In this document: positions 61,838-64,000 of the stretch, in pieces
Layout: each line of letters begins with the position of its first letter
How positions within the stretch are numbered: the first letter of the stretch is position 1
DNA from: Phoronis australis
Taxonomy: Eukaryota > Animalia > Phoronida
Direction: 5' to 3'
Assembly (NCBI GenBank): GCA_002633005.1
Contig: NMRA01000396.1
Location: forward strand, 1-64,000
Length of the DNA: 64,000 nucleotides
Notes under the pieces: generated by a model
Told to the model about the DNA's origin: nothing
Database searches by the model: none
What the model saw: only the letters and a program-made list of their open reading frames with translations
Program-made: the position numbers and the translations under genes

Positions 61838-64000
61838 TTACATCTTGGATGCTCCTGAATTTTTTAACTCAAGACCGTTGGTGTCGCCACTGCATCCAGT
61901 TTCAGAAGTTTCTCGATGACCACTGGAGCAAGATGGCGCACGACTTGAGGTCTTCTTCTTCGAAACGAACTTCCGATATTTCAAAAATATAGGTTTTCTG
62001 CAGATGTAAGCAAGGAATATGAAGAATCCTTGCAGTGAGTTAAAGATGGTGAATAGATACCACAGCAGGTGACTTCCGGTTAGAGCCCCCAAGTAACCAA
62101 AGATCCATGTGCTTCCCATAACAGTGGAAAGTTTAACAGTTATCAGAAACACGCGATTATTTTCACGATTGTTCTTGACATGCTTTCTAACCTGACGCTT
62201 GTCTCTTACAATTTGGATGACAGTCAACGCAATCAAAATGATATTAAAGAAAATGATAATTGCCAAGGGCATCGCAAAACCGTACATAATTGATTCGTAA
62301 CCGGAAATCCAGCACCTTCTCTCATCTGCGTATTGGAAAGGTACATCAGTGGCGAACTCCAACACAAGGCAGATGGAAGATATCATTAAAGGACTCAGTA
62401 TTGAATACAGAGCATAGATGATAATTGCATGCGGGGACGGTTGCCGCACATCCATAATGTTGTAAAACGTTTTGAATATAGAAAAACACATACTGTTCAT
62501 CCAAAAGAAGGCGCATAACCACAAGAAGTGTTCGATTATAGCCACTGCCTTACATAATTTTGGAATTTCAGTACGATCAATGGCAGCTAACATTATAAGT
62601 TGCGCCATAAAAAGTGTTATCGCGAGATTCATCATAATTTGACCAGGTAGCGTTCTAAGTTCCTGGAATAGCGAGTACGTCAGCACAAATACTGCAAGGC
62701 CACACATACTGATCACGTTTCCCGCGATCGTCAGTTTGTACTGAGTTTTGTTGTATTCAAAAAAACGAAGACCAGTCTCATTCGTGAATGGATTGCACAC
62801 ATATAGTAACTTGCCTTGAATAAAGTAGTCTCCTGGCTGAAACGACAATCCAGAGTTTACATATGCAATGCCGCCTTTCACTTCATACTCGTCATCTGTG
62901 TATGTGACCATTGGACAGTTAAAATCCAAAGAATTATTGGCGATATTAGTACGATTCAAAGACGCAATGTTCGGATTACTTATTTTCGCAGTTTCATTGC
63001 CGCACGACTCATCAAGCATTCGAAATTTACCTCTTGGACAAACTAATGGACGACATTTCTTTGTCATTTTGTCATAAACGCTGTTTGCGAAACAGTTCAC
63101 GGTCGGTCTACTTATCTTTGGACTAAATTCGTCGCTCATTCCTCTGAAATCTAATAGATGAGAGAATCCCGAAAACTCACGAAAGGGGAGTACTCGAGGG
63201 TCAAAACAAAATAATCCAGGCCAGCCCCCATATGGACAACGCCCATATTGTATCTTAACTACATCATCATTAGTATCGGGGAAGTAGTCTGAGAAGTACA
63301 TATATGACAAGCATTCCGTCGCAGTACTTGGGCAACTTTTCATGCATAGGGCGCTCCGAGGTTCCACACGAATATTGCAATGATGTGCGAGTGACGGCAC
63401 CTTGTAAACCATTTGAAAGTCTCTCGACTTGTAGAGCTTTCGTATCAGTGCTGTGCCAGTAAGATTTTGCACAGTGAACTCAAAGAGCTGTTTTTGCTCT
63501 TCGTACGTTAAATTATAAAGGGTATCGTTGATTAAAACACTCGTTTGCCAAAATGTACCCTTCTGGAGAATATGTGATACCTCCACACGATGGCAGAGTG
63601 CGCAATAGATGTTCCGGAATGCGTAGTATCTACCATCTCTCAAGTATCCATTAACAGGCAAGACCTGGAACACGTCGTCAATGTTTCTATAGTGGCACTT
63701 GCTAATAATACCTGTGTTCTTAAAATCCTCAGGACATCGCGAGATGAGTTTACTTCCGAAAGAGGCAAGGGCATAATCTAACCTCAGACATTCTGCGTAG
63801 CGGTTCATTGATGTGAAATTCCTTGCCATTGGTTTGTTGTCATGACAGCAATCGCCAAAGTCGGCACAGAACTCATCACAATAACATACTTGTCTCTGAC
63901 GGCGTAGCCTATCTTCTACGAAAGGTGATGAGCACGAAATACCGCAGGCTTGATGCAACGATGGCTTAGAAGGCTGAGAATGGCAAGAAACTCCGCACGT
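61838..64000 (-). CDS. family B (secretin/Methuselah-like) GPCR with somatomedin-B-like domain, paralog 2 (5' partial)
   Basis: Open frame to the window edge (TCGVSCHSQPSKPSLHQACG...). Collinear with paralog 1 including the ectodomain Cys pattern, CYCDEFCADFGDCCHD, FRNIYCALCH and the 7TM. Same stop context cagttggttacatcttgg. Confidence 0.93.
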   Translation of the reverse strand, partial: TCGVSCHSQPSKPSLHQACGISCSSPFVEDRLRRQRQVCYCDEFCADFGDCCHDNKPMARNFTSMNRYAECLRLDYALASFGSKLISRCPEDFKNTGIISKCHYRNIDDVFQVLPVNGYLRDGRYYAFRNIYCALCHRVEVSHILQKGTFWQTSVLINDTLYNLTYEEQKQLFEFTVQNLTGTALIRKLYKSRDFQMVYKVPSLAHHCNIRVEPRSALCMKSCPSTATECLSYMYFSDYFPDTNDDVVKIQYGRCPYGGWPGLFCFDPRVLPFREFSGFSHLLDFRGMSDEFSPKISRPTVNCFANSVYDKMTKKCRPLVCPRGKFRMLDESCGNETAKISNPNIASLNRTNIANNSLDFNCPMVTYTDDEYEVKGGIAYVNSGLSFQPGDYFIQGKLLYVCNPFTNETGLRFFEYNKTQYKLTIAGNVISMCGLAVFVLTYSLFQELRTLPGQIMMNLAITLFMAQLIMLAAIDRTEIPKLCKAVAIIEHFLWLCAFFWMNSMCFSIFKTFYNIMDVRQPSPHAIIIYALYSILSPLMISSICLVLEFATDVPFQYADERRCWISGYESIMYGFAMPLAIIIFFNIILIALTVIQIVRDKRQVRKHVKNNRENNRVFLITVKLSTVMGSTWIFGYLGALTGSHLLWYLFTIFNSLQGFFIFLAYICRKPIFLKYRKFVSKKKTSSRAPSCSSGHRETSETGCSGDTNGLELKNSGASKM

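Overview
Eukaryotic genomic DNA from an animal, most likely an invertebrate (spliceosomal introns, AT-rich, repeat-dense, one 400-N scaffold gap at 16261-16660). The only intact long coding sequences are two tandem, same-strand (-) paralogs about 44.7 kb apart. Both encode family B (secretin/Methuselah-like) 7TM receptors with an N-terminal somatomedin-B-like Cys module and no GAIN/GPS domain. For paralog 1, I reconstructed a separate signal-peptide exon (24926-24980) spliced to a 2.16-kb exon (17092-19253), giving 738 aa; paralog 2 runs off the right edge. The rest is mostly layered transposon remnants: a decayed Ngaro-type tyrosine-recombinase retrotransposon with an extra SGNH-hydrolase ORF, an old BEL/Pao LTR element interrupted by an L1/Tx1 fragment, and Penelope, RTE and CR1/L2 fragments. 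There are also tRNA-derived SINEs and several MITE/foldback families, including a three-copy family with 9-bp TSDs and two DNA-type elements carrying tRNA-like Pol III boxes. The first 16 kb are visibly CpG-depleted and hold at least one orphan candidate exon. I found no CRISPR, rRNA or functional tRNA and cannot demonstrate a wholly new system. The best leads are the SMB-GPCR tandem family with its conserved Stachel-like motif and the Ngaro SGNH module with its candidate splice signals. All identities and counts are by eye.
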